Shown here: one piece after another, positions 36,401-43,930 of the stretch
Layout: every line of letters starts with the position of its first letter
How positions within the stretch are numbered: position 1 is the first letter of the stretch
From: a candidate division WOR-3 bacterium
GTDB taxonomy: Bacteria > Hydrothermota > Tepidihabitantia > SM23-42 > CAYGYG01
Reading direction: 5' to 3'
Assembly: GCA_965648915.1 (NCBI GenBank)
Contig: CBFGIV010000016.1
Location: 1 to 43,930 of the forward strand
DNA: 43,930 bases
Program-made: the position numbers and the translations under genes
Notes under the pieces: generated by a model
Database searches by the model: none
The model's input: only the letters and a program-made list of their open reading frames with translations
What the model was told of the DNA's origin: nothing

Positions 36401-37500
36401 TCAACAGTGAAGTGATGCCTCCTTCGGACGAAGAGACACTGATTCTGGGCAGGAGTTTTACTACGGGCCGGGAGTGTCTGCCGGCAATAATTACCGCCGG
36501 TGATATGATTAAAGTAACAAAGAAAAAAGATTTTGATCCGGATAACTCAGCCTTCTTTATGCCCCAGGGCTCTGGACCCTGCCGCTTTGGCCAGTATCAT
36601 CGACTCCACCGTTTGATCCTTGACCAGTTAGGTTTTGCACAGACACCCATCTTTTCACCCAATCAGGGGATGACCCTTTTTGAAGACTTAAAACCCCTGG
36701 GTCTCAAATTTATCTATAATACCTGGCAGGGAATTGTTGCTGTTGATGGTATTGATGGACTTGCCCGAAAGATTAGACCATATGAAGCAAATACCGGCGA
36801 GACTCAGGCACTCTATGATAAATATTTGAAACTAATCTGCGATGCCGTCGAGAAAGGTGAGAGTCTCTATCCATTACTTACCCGCGCCCGCAGAGATTTT
36901 CGAGCAATCCTCTGCGAGAAGAAAAAGATACCAAAGATTGGGATTGTTGGCGAGATCTTTGTTCGCGCCAATCCATTCAGTAACAACTTTCTGGTAAAAT
37001 CCCTTGAGGATTTAGGTTGCGAAGTCTTATTGCCCTCGATCGGTGAATGGTTTCTCTATACAAACTGGACCAGAATACGCCGCGCCGGCGTGCGAAAAGA
37101 GTATAAAAGATACTTAAAGAATAAAGCGATCAGTATGATAATGAAGCGGGTGCAAAGCAAAATCTATAATATTCTTGGGCTTTATCCAGAAACAGATGAA
37201 GTAAAACTTCAAATCCTGGCAGCACCATATATCCATTCTTCATTTGAAGGTGAGGCTATATTAAGTGTTGGCAAGACTATCGATTTTATCCATGAAGGCG
37301 CAAATGGAGTCATCAATGTAATGCCCTTTACCTGTATGCCCGGAAATATTGTCTCAACAATTTATAAAAAATTGAAAGAAGATTTTAACGACTTTCCGCT
37401 ATTGGTCTTCTGTTATGATGGACTTGAACACCCGACTGATCGGTTAAAACTCGAGGCCTTTGTCCATCAGGCAAAGGTCTTGACAGATCGCCATTTTTGA
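33427..37500 (+). CDS. CoA-substrate-specific enzyme activase fusion (2x BcrAD/HgdC ATPase + DUF2229/dehydratase-like domains)
   Basis: GIDIGS/GIDVGS, EIGG(E/Q)DSK x2, CAAGTG x2, CSGCSNLC, ETCFP, FSCGPD, GPCRFG, FTCMPG; track start 33415 lies inside TTGACA-N16-TATAAT, so true start is 33427 or 33433. Confidence 0.9.
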   Translation: MKMNLGIDIGSVSIKFAVFDKERLIRTEYLRHFGRPLEILIDFINNHSDIEYLAITGNGGRLLGELLGGVVVNEIIATVEGIKKIAPGLKTVIEIGGEDSKFFLIENNLKDFATNTICAAGTGIFLDQQAHRLNLSIDQFSSYALLSKRPSRIAGRCSVFAKSDMIHLQQIGTPMEDIIAGLCRSLARNFKSIIAQGKKFEPPIGFIGGVAANQGMVQSFESVLSLKPGELIVPKYFNCLGAIGSMYYCLETNNLGKYRGLKELHDYISKPKLTRRLPPLDGSERPAPRRSCLLPGSRIKGYLGIDVGSVSTNLVVIDSQNQVLSREYLWTQGDPIKAVQIGLDKIYKELGNLVEIVAVGTTGSGRYLIGDFVGADVIRNEITAQARAAISIDPQVDTIFEIGGQDSKFISLKDGVIVDFEMNKVCAAGTGSFLEEQSEILDTKIEDFGDTALRSKAPVFLGERCTVFMETEILHHQHQFIRKEDILAGLAYSIAGNYLNRVVQGKRIGNRIFFQGGVAANKAVVSAFEAILHKEIHVPDNFDVTGAIGVAMIARDENPNGWTRFKGFEIIQRKCRMETFECSGCSNLCDINIIELTQEEPIYYGGRCGKYEHREEKEGAKTDNYFDLRNEIFFKTENRTGETIGIPRTLIFYELFPFFNRLLTNLGFNVKLTDSTNKKIIHCGVEHSPAETCFPVKVANGHILHLIDQGIRRIFIPSVISVQKNRFFESSYVCPYVQTMPYTIRAGLSEKLGGTEIISPYLYFDRPRESIIKNLISAFNHFGIKLSEVKDAVDDAFDYNAKVNLKIKEIGEEAISKIDDIGFVIVSRPYNGYDAGINLDLARKIGEMGITAIPIDFLPLSFEDLYPEFSNMYWHYGQKLLAAASMIRHNPKLYAIYLSNFSCGPDSFLVKYFRELSGEKPFLLIELDEHSADAGLITRLEAFRDSIKGKTYITVPRPIKTDKRIKKGKKVYIPYMCDHAYILNAALRKAGINSEVMPPSDEETLILGRSFTTGRECLPAIITAGDMIKVTKKKDFDPDNSAFFMPQGSGPCRFGQYHRLHRLILDQLGFAQTPIFSPNQGMTLFEDLKPLGLKFIYNTWQGIVAVDGIDGLARKIRPYEANTGETQALYDKYLKLICDAVEKGESLYPLLTRARRDFRAILCEKKKIPKIGIVGEIFVRANPFSNNFLVKSLEDLGCEVLLPSIGEWFLYTNWTRIRRAGVRKEYKRYLKNKAISMIMKRVQSKIYNILGLYPETDEVKLQILAAPYIHSSFEGEAILSVGKTIDFIHEGANGVINVMPFTCMPGNIVSTIYKKLKEDFNDFPLLVFCYDGLEHPTDRLKLEAFVHQAKVLTDRHF

Positions 37501-37514
37501 TGTATTATTAACCA

Positions 37515-37811
37515 ATGCCAACCTATGAATATCAATGTCAGAAGTGTAATTATCGGTTTGAGGAGTTTCAAAAGATAACCGAACCGGCCATCGAAAAATG
37601 TCCTAAGTGTGGTGGTCGGGTCGAGAGACTGCTCGGCACCGGTGCTGGTTTTCTCTTTAAGGGTTCAGGTTTTTATATAACCGATTACCGGAGTAGTGAA
37701 TATAAAAAGAAGGAGAAAGAAGAAAAAGGGACTTCAGAGAAGCCGGCCAAAACATCCAGCACAGACACAGAAAAACCTAAGACTGAATCCAAAAAAGAGA
37801 AAAATCAATAA
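37515..37811 (+). CDS. FmdB-family zinc-ribbon protein
   Basis: MPTYEYQCQKC...CPKCGG...FKGSGFYITDY; leaderless after TTGACA-N17-TATTAT. Confidence 0.9.
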   Translation: MPTYEYQCQKCNYRFEEFQKITEPAIEKCPKCGGRVERLLGTGAGFLFKGSGFYITDYRSSEYKKKEKEEKGTSEKPAKTSSTDTEKPKTESKKEKNQ

Positions 37812-37821
37812 TTGAAGAGTT

Positions 37822-38379
37822 TTACACCTTAATTCTCTTAAAGACCGATATAAACATCGGGTTATAGCCAAAATAGAGATTATGCCTTACCGGAACAAAC
37901 CCATATTTCAGGACTATTCTATTGAGCCGGGAAGGTGTAAATTGATGTAGATGATCCTGTCCTGGACAGGGCCAGGTATTAATATTTCCTATTAAAGTCA
38001 GTCCCCGGATTGGCTCATATGGATAGATAACAACAAAATATCCAGCCGGACAAGTTACCCGAGAGACTTCGCTCAGAACCTGACCGAGATCTCGCATATG
38101 TTCAAGACTATGACAGCAGAGCACGATTCCGAAAATCCGGTCACCAAATGGAAGATGGCAGGCATCAGCAGTAGTAACCGAAATCAATCTATTCCTCACG
38201 GTCAATGGTTTTTTAATATCAATACCATATACTTTTTTCGTAAATCGACCAAGTTCAGCCATAAGAAAACCTTCACCATAACCAATTTCGAGAAGAGGCT
38301 TATTATTAATTACAATCTGCCTTTTGATCTGCCAGAGATGAATCTTTGCAGCAGAATATTTTATTATCTTTGAAAGCAT
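37822..38379 (-). CDS. Class I SAM-dependent methyltransferase (type 11)
   Basis: LEIGYGEG, GIDI, DACHLPF, HSLEH, EVSRV. Confidence 0.75.
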   Translation of the reverse strand: MLSKIIKYSAAKIHLWQIKRQIVINNKPLLEIGYGEGFLMAELGRFTKKVYGIDIKKPLTVRNRLISVTTADACHLPFGDRIFGIVLCCHSLEHMRDLGQVLSEVSRVTCPAGYFVVIYPYEPIRGLTLIGNINTWPCPGQDHLHQFTPSRLNRIVLKYGFVPVRHNLYFGYNPMFISVFKRIKV

Positions 38380-38618
38380 AATAGGTAGTCAAAATACCCA
38401 AAACCAAAGGCAGAATTTAATTTTATAAGGAGAGGAGAAGCTAAAAAACAACCTGAAGTCTCAGGGGCATATTCAACCATTTTCATTAGTTTACATAATG
38501 TATATTATCAGACACAAGAAGAGGTAAGTTTAATAATTCTTATAGATTGAAGATAATGGTAATTGAGTTGGTCTAATCTTATATTAATCCCTGATATTTT
38601 AGGGGTTTTAAGATCGAT

Positions 38619-39032
38619 CTATTTCTTAAATTCTATAACTTTTGTTCCGGCTATCTTATCGCCCAGGCGTCTTCCCTCAGGATCGGTGAAGACCAGGATA
38701 ATCTCAATAATGAAGAGAACGACTGCACATATCCAGAAAATAAAGTTAATAATCGGAAACCAGGTGAAGATATAGCCAACGCAGAGGGTCCAGTTCCGTT
38801 TGACCGATGTTGTCAGATCGACATCTTTTTCGCCATCTATTATTACCGGTTTTAGATTCATTGCTACTTTACCAAGACTGCGACCTTTCATAAATTCAAA
38901 GTCAAACCCGTCTCTTAAAAGCATATAGGCGGCAGCGATAAAACCACCGATAAAAGGAATTAAAGCAACTATCGCTGCGAGTATTGCATCAATAAGCAAA
39001 GCCACGAATCTACGGGCAAGATCTGCTTTCAT
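38619..39032 (-). CDS. RDD-family membrane protein
   Basis: RRFVALLID, GRSLGK, RN, GRRLGDKIAGTKV; SD GGAG; TTGACT-N16-TATAAT. Confidence 0.9.
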   Translation of the reverse strand: MKADLARRFVALLIDAILAAIVALIPFIGGFIAAAYMLLRDGFDFEFMKGRSLGKVAMNLKPVIIDGEKDVDLTTSVKRNWTLCVGYIFTWFPIINFIFWICAVVLFIIEIILVFTDPEGRRLGDKIAGTKVIEFKK

Positions 39033-39091
39033 TTTTACTCCTTGTTCTTTTTGATTATAATTAAATCTTTAATAAAGTCAACCTCGGATTC

Positions 39092-39200
39092 CTATCTCAC
39101 CAGCACCACCTTCTTCGTAATTACCTTTTTTAGTCCTTTAACAAACAGAGATAAACACTCGCCGGAATTTCTTTACCGCTATCGGTCTTTGCCATCCCGC
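39092..39200 (-). pseudogene. Relic of a second FlgD/T9SS C-terminal sorting domain
   Basis: With frameshifts and a stop it reads DGKD/DSGKEIPASVYLCLLKD*/KKVITKKVVLVR*, paralleling WDGKDSRGRLLSAGVYFCLLKDSEKTITRKIVIIR of the adjacent gene. Confidence 0.7.
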
Positions 39201-39206
39201 CCCCGT

Positions 39207-39256
39207 CCCCTCAATATCTTTCCTCCCTTGATGGGAGGGAATAATAGGGAGGGTGA
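39207..39256. repeat. CCCTC-type REP copy
   Basis: TCCTCCCTTGATGGGAGGGA...GGGAGGGTGA, same family as 21750 and 22258. Confidence 0.65.
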
Positions 39257-39260
39257 TTCT

Positions 39261-42200
39261 TTATCTAATTATGACGATCTTCCTGGTAATGGTCTTCTCT
39301 GAATCCTTCAATAAGCAGAAGTAAACCCCGGCCGATAGGAGACGACCCCGGCTATCTTTCCCATCCCAGACCGCAGAATAAAACCCGGGCTTGTGGATTT
39401 TATTGATTATCGTCTTTGCCTCCCGACCAACAATATCATAGACTGTTAATGATACCCTTTCTGTTCTCGGCACACCATACCTGAGCATTACAAATTTTGT
39501 TGCTGGATTCGGCTTCGGGGCAAAAAGCATCAAAACCTGAGGCATTATCTCAACCAACTGTTCTTCCTGCCCACCACCGCCACCTTTCTTCGGCATTATC
39601 ATATTGAATCTCGCAATCTTTCGCTTACCGGAATCGTAAACATATAAATATCTTCCATCCTTGGTGACGACAAGAGATTTGGGATTCCGGAATTGTCCCA
39701 GGCTATCGCCTTCTTTGCCGAAGCTATAGATATGGGTTAAGTATGGCGAGAGTTCGAGGATTCTCTTATTCCCCGCATCGCAAATGAAAAGGTTATCTTT
39801 ATCATCTATGGCCATCGATTTTGGATTTAAGAGATTGAATTTGGTGATGATATCTTTAATCTTGCCGGTTGTGTCATAGACAAATATCCTGCCACGACCA
39901 TTCTCGTCAAGGTCCAGGACATAGATCTCTTCTCTCTTATTTACCTCAATCGCTACTGGATTGTTGAGTCTGATCGAATCAGTGCCAAATTGTCTTATGA
40001 ATTGGCCGCCCTTGCTTAAGACCTGAATCCGTCTATTACCCCTATCAACAATAAAGAGCCGGGTCGGAACCGCCCCTTTGGGTCTGCCCCATTTCAGGTC
40101 GGTGGGATTTATAAACTGTCCCTGACCCGTTCCCCGGGTGCCGATCTTTAATAAAAACTTTCCGGTCTTATCAAATATCTTCAAACAATGGTTAAGACCA
40201 TCAAGCAGGAATATTCTTAAGGAATCGTCGATAACAATCGAGCCTGGCCAGACAGAAGCGGTTGAATCAGTCACCAGTCTGGCACTGAAAGATAGGAGTG
40301 ATTCACCCTTCGGGCTGAACTTTTTTACCATCAACTCATTGCCAAATGCCGGCGATTGATGGGCAAGGAGATAGAGATTACCCTCCTTATCAAGCCCCAT
40401 CCCTTCACCTTCACCGGCAAAACCACCAAAGCCATCATCGCCACCAGGTGGTGCTTGATTGGAAACATAAACTAAAACTGAATAGTCAGAATAGTTGTGG
40501 GCTGAGTCTTGAGTCAAAACCCGCAGGTGATACCAGCCATTGGCAACCGAGTCGGTCCACCAGCCACCAAGCGCATCGCCCCAGGGCGGCATCCCGTAGA
40601 CCGGCGACCAGCCCTCTGAATCGGGCTTGACCGGATACCAGACACCTTCGCCACCATCTGCTATGTAATCGAGATCGTATTTCAAGAAATGGCCATCACC
40701 ATCATAGGCCGAACCATAGATCGTTATCGTGCCGTTAACGGTCTGACTGTCATATGGCGAACCGATCCAGCTGGTCGGTGCGGAAATGTCGAGATAGATA
40801 GAATCTGAGATGCATTGAGTCTCATTTCCCGAACTGTCCTGATACTGTGCATAGACCTTGTGCATCCCGTTGACTGAATCGAGGTGCCAGATATAAGTCG
40901 TATCATAAGCCACAAACTTACTGAAGTGATATTTCGGTCCAACCGGTTCCAGTCGGATATTGTCTATAAATATCTTACCAGTATCGCTCGCTGAATTTCT
41001 GACAAAGATGCCGATATCTACCCGTTTGAAGTCATAACCGGTCGATTCAGGTTTGAATTTGAAATAGGACAAGAGATTGTACCGGCTGGTCTTGGATATG
41101 GTCGTTTCTGGAATTGTGATTGACGAGCCATAAGGCACAACGCCGATGGTTGAGTCATAACCAGGACCGGAAAGCTTGAAAATCAGTCTCGCCTCAAGCC
41201 GACCACTGCCCTTGAAATGGTCTAAGACCAAATCACCAGAAATTCTCATCGTATCGCCATTGTAACAATCAGGATCTCGAGCCGTAATAGCAGTCTCAGG
41301 GATTTGCTGGTAAAAGTAGTTGGTGTCTTTTTGAATATCCATCAGATAAAGACTTAATGAGTCGTGAAAGGTGGTATTGTGATATATCCAGAAACTGTCC
41401 GCATGCATATCTGAGTTCTTCACTAAATTGACCAGACTGTCGTTGCCGAATCTCATCTCACAGATGCCGGTCTTCAAATCGACCGCGTGATTGCACAGGG
41501 TGCAGGTGGGAGAATTGGTAAAGAGCGAATCGTGGTTGATGACCATCTTTAAGGTTTCTGCCTCGGTCCAATCTATAATTATCGAATCTTTGTATTCGGA
41601 GCTGGTTAGATTTCCTTCGGTTATCTTGAATTTGGCATAGACAATATTTTTGCCCTGGTTCTGACATAGTCGCCATTTATAATGTGGGTCGAAGGCTATC
41701 CAGGTGCTCGAATAGGTAGTGGTCTCGGCTCCGGCAACATAATACTGCCATATCTGCATGTAATCGGCATAGGTAGAATCTGCTTTGTTGGGATTATAAG
41801 ACCACAGATCAAGAATGCCATAGGGTGAATTGGTAAATGCTTCATCACCGTTGATTTTGATCGAACCGATCGGCGGTAGGTATGTAAGATTGTACATGCG
41901 GTATTTAGCATTGTTATCAAAACTCAATTCCATGAAAACCTTGGTGCCGTTTACGATAGCTTTCACAAGATAATTGCCGATTGCTGTCGGTGTCCAGGTT
42001 AAACGGCCTTTAACGGTAAGTGTATCACCGGGATTTAATCTACTATGGATTATTGTATCTGATACCTTGTCTCCATTAACATAAAAACAAATACTATCAA
42101 CAAACGGTGGTTGAATCGTATCCGTTGCCCAACTCGCGTTACCGATGTTTTTAATTCTTGCATAAAAAGTAACCGGATTATTCACCTGCGGCGGATTGGG

Positions 42201-43930
42201 CATCAGCCAGACCGAATCCACAATCATATCCGGGCGTTTAAATAATGAGTCAGAGGGTTCAAGTATAAATATTGGCGAACTATCCAGTGCAACTTCCATG
42301 TATCCAAATGCATCAAGGAGTTTGTTGCTTTGACTGGGATTATTCCCATAATCAATGCTTAAGGTATCCGCGGAATTGGTTTTGACAGGGATTTTAACAT
42401 CGATTGTTCCTGATGAGTAGCCGGAATTCCTCCAGGCGACCCAAAACCGCTTATTGGTGGTAGGATTTTCAAACTCATAAATTCGGGCCATAGTATCTTT
42501 ATCAATATCGTTAATATGAATGCGATTGTTAAACTTGTAATTTTTTACTTTGGTAGCAAATTGTTTGTAAGAATAGTATGCGGGAAACATGAAAAAAAAC
42601 GAATCCGAGATCGCATAATCCCAGGCACTCCCCTGATAAGGTAAAAATCTTTTTGTAAAACAGAACCAAGTGAGGTTGTTGACCGGCCCAAAGATGTTTT
42701 CACTTGGAGCAATAGCCTCTGTGTATGCTTCAACTACTGCATTAGCGCGTGACGTATCCGAAGTCCAATCAGGATGATTGCGATTAACAGGAAATCCATA
42801 TTCGCTTATATAGATTTCTTTGTCAAAATAACCTTCTTTCCTCAACAACCATCTAAAAGTATCAATGACATTATGGTAGTATGGCGGATAGAAGCTTTTC
42901 AAATAGTTACCACCACCTATCTTTTCTTGATATTCGTTTATAGAATAGCCTTCGCAATGAGGGCCACCTCCATAAGAGAAGGAGCGTTCAATGAAATTGC
43001 GACCTGTTTCAGTTTTCGGCTCGGTGGCAACCCATGTCCACATTCCAGCAATTGGTCCAAATAGAACCTTTGCATCGGCATTGGCAAGATAGGCTGCAGA
43101 ATCAACCACAACACAAAATCTTGTAGCTAAGGTGTCGCGGAACCATATATAGAGGGACTCTTCAATATTACCGCCGGGTCTTTCGCGCAAACGCTTCCAC
43201 AGCGCATCGTATTGTGGATCCTTGGCAGAATCGGGCTTTCCCATACGCCACTCACCATTGACTTCATTAATGGTCTCATACCATATCACAGGGAGATATG
43301 GCAAACTTGCGTTTTCCTGCCAGAATTGACCATTGGTGCAATATCTTTTCACGAGGTTATAGGTATAATAACCTAACCAGTTTTCTCTATTAATTTGGTT
43401 ATTAACGATGATAGGCTTCAACAGCCGGAGTGGATAATACCACCCATGCTCTAGATCCCTAACCCACTCTGGCCAATTGCTGATACTAATATAGGTTTGA
43501 ATTGTATCTCGAGACAATTTTTTCATCATCAAGTCAGGGTATCCGGTGAAATTACACGTATCGCTTGAATCAGGTTGGCACCACTCCCAGAACTTTCCAA
43601 CCATACGGTCACGACACATCGATGCCTCTCTGGCTTTGTGAAAACAGGTGTCCCAAGCTGAAGGAGACTCGGAATGTCCTGCCACTGTCTCGATGCCGAA
43701 TATCTTTGGTACCCACGTGATCCCCTCCACCCTCGCCGCTAAATCGGCATTCATTATCGTATCCATCCGCGAAGGCAAAACCATCCTTCCATATTTGTAA
43801 GGGTCAGAACGGTTGAAATAGAAATTCACTGAATCACCACCAGAGTGAGAAACCTTTAACATATATTTCACACCCTTGGTGACTTTCACCGCTGGGTTAA
43901 AATTCCCTCTAAGAAAACGGTAGATTGAAT
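39261..43930 (-). CDS. Large secreted protein: GH-A-clan glycoside-hydrolase-like domain, CARDB, Ig-like, NHL repeats, FlgD/T9SS CTD (5' end outside window)
   Basis: INEVN and ISEYG (acid/base and nucleophile Glu-like), RPDMIVDSVW...IKNIG, GTGQGQFINPTDL repeats, WDGKD...AGVYF; frame open to the window edge. Confidence 0.8.
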   Translation of the reverse strand, partial: SIYRFLRGNFNPAVKVTKGVKYMLKVSHSGGDSVNFYFNRSDPYKYGRMVLPSRMDTIMNADLAARVEGITWVPKIFGIETVAGHSESPSAWDTCFHKAREASMCRDRMVGKFWEWCQPDSSDTCNFTGYPDLMMKKLSRDTIQTYISISNWPEWVRDLEHGWYYPLRLLKPIIVNNQINRENWLGYYTYNLVKRYCTNGQFWQENASLPYLPVIWYETINEVNGEWRMGKPDSAKDPQYDALWKRLRERPGGNIEESLYIWFRDTLATRFCVVVDSAAYLANADAKVLFGPIAGMWTWVATEPKTETGRNFIERSFSYGGGPHCEGYSINEYQEKIGGGNYLKSFYPPYYHNVIDTFRWLLRKEGYFDKEIYISEYGFPVNRNHPDWTSDTSRANAVVEAYTEAIAPSENIFGPVNNLTWFCFTKRFLPYQGSAWDYAISDSFFFMFPAYYSYKQFATKVKNYKFNNRIHINDIDKDTMARIYEFENPTTNKRFWVAWRNSGYSSGTIDVKIPVKTNSADTLSIDYGNNPSQSNKLLDAFGYMEVALDSSPIFILEPSDSLFKRPDMIVDSVWLMPNPPQVNNPVTFYARIKNIGNASWATDTIQPPFVDSICFYVNGDKVSDTIIHSRLNPGDTLTVKGRLTWTPTAIGNYLVKAIVNGTKVFMELSFDNNAKYRMYNLTYLPPIGSIKINGDEAFTNSPYGILDLWSYNPNKADSTYADYMQIWQYYVAGAETTTYSSTWIAFDPHYKWRLCQNQGKNIVYAKFKITEGNLTSSEYKDSIIIDWTEAETLKMVINHDSLFTNSPTCTLCNHAVDLKTGICEMRFGNDSLVNLVKNSDMHADSFWIYHNTTFHDSLSLYLMDIQKDTNYFYQQIPETAITARDPDCYNGDTMRISGDLVLDHFKGSGRLEARLIFKLSGPGYDSTIGVVPYGSSITIPETTISKTSRYNLLSYFKFKPESTGYDFKRVDIGIFVRNSASDTGKIFIDNIRLEPVGPKYHFSKFVAYDTTYIWHLDSVNGMHKVYAQYQDSSGNETQCISDSIYLDISAPTSWIGSPYDSQTVNGTITIYGSAYDGDGHFLKYDLDYIADGGEGVWYPVKPDSEGWSPVYGMPPWGDALGGWWTDSVANGWYHLRVLTQDSAHNYSDYSVLVYVSNQAPPGGDDGFGGFAGEGEGMGLDKEGNLYLLAHQSPAFGNELMVKKFSPKGESLLSFSARLVTDSTASVWPGSIVIDDSLRIFLLDGLNHCLKIFDKTGKFLLKIGTRGTGQGQFINPTDLKWGRPKGAVPTRLFIVDRGNRRIQVLSKGGQFIRQFGTDSIRLNNPVAIEVNKREEIYVLDLDENGRGRIFVYDTTGKIKDIITKFNLLNPKSMAIDDKDNLFICDAGNKRILELSPYLTHIYSFGKEGDSLGQFRNPKSLVVTKDGRYLYVYDSGKRKIARFNMIMPKKGGGGGQEEQLVEIMPQVLMLFAPKPNPATKFVMLRYGVPRTERVSLTVYDIVGREAKTIINKIHKPGFYSAVWDGKDSRGRLLSAGVYFCLLKDSEKTITRKIVIIR

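Noticed and set aside
38367..38490. 40-codon minus-strand ORF (MKMVEYAPETSG...) upstream of the methyltransferase
   Set aside because: No SD, no recognisable motif
1..43930. CRISPR arrays, tRNA/rRNA genes, integrases or transposases; the many short antisense ORFs in the track
   Set aside because: No regularly spaced repeat-spacer array, cloverleaf or recombinase ORF was seen; the antisense and overlapping ORFs are shadows of well-supported genes

Overview
AT-rich bacterial DNA from an anaerobe. Two secreted proteins with T9SS/FlgD-type C-terminal sorting domains suggest an FCB-related lineage such as WOR-3 (inference only). From left to right: (1) a disrupted small DUF4242-like ORF with an in-frame TGA followed by a SECIS-like hairpin; (2) a NikR-controlled ECF Ni/Co uptake operon (nikR, outer-membrane barrel, nikK/DUF4198, cbiM, nikL, cbiQ, cbiO) with two GTGTTA-N15-TA(A/G)CAC operators and a MITE-like insert; (3) a divergent six-gene operon of unknown function: corrinoid protein, two MtaA/UroD-family Zn methyltransferases, a short RamA/RACo activator, and a 2-hydroxyacyl-CoA-dehydratase-family pair, one subunit of which has the six-Cys double-cubane pattern. 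This is the best candidate for an undescribed system; (4) a ~14-kb oxidative/metal-stress and sulfur-relay island (ferritin-like proteins, desulforedoxins, TusA, DsrE, CopA, YHS, glutaredoxin, ferredoxin:disulfide reductase, PerR/Fur, DUF438, ArsC, SOR, rubrerythrin, a nitroreductase pseudogene, a diguanylate cyclase, and an IscS lacking its PLP lysine) with many REP-like palindromes; (5) housekeeping and accessory genes (amidohydrolase, mtnA, degenerate prepilin peptidase, BNR-repeat secreted protein, a 1.36-kaa activase-dehydratase fusion, FmdB, a methyltransferase, RDD) and a large truncated secreted glycoside hydrolase/CARDB/NHL protein, followed by a relic of a second sorting domain. All calls come from motif recognition by eye; no searches were run.
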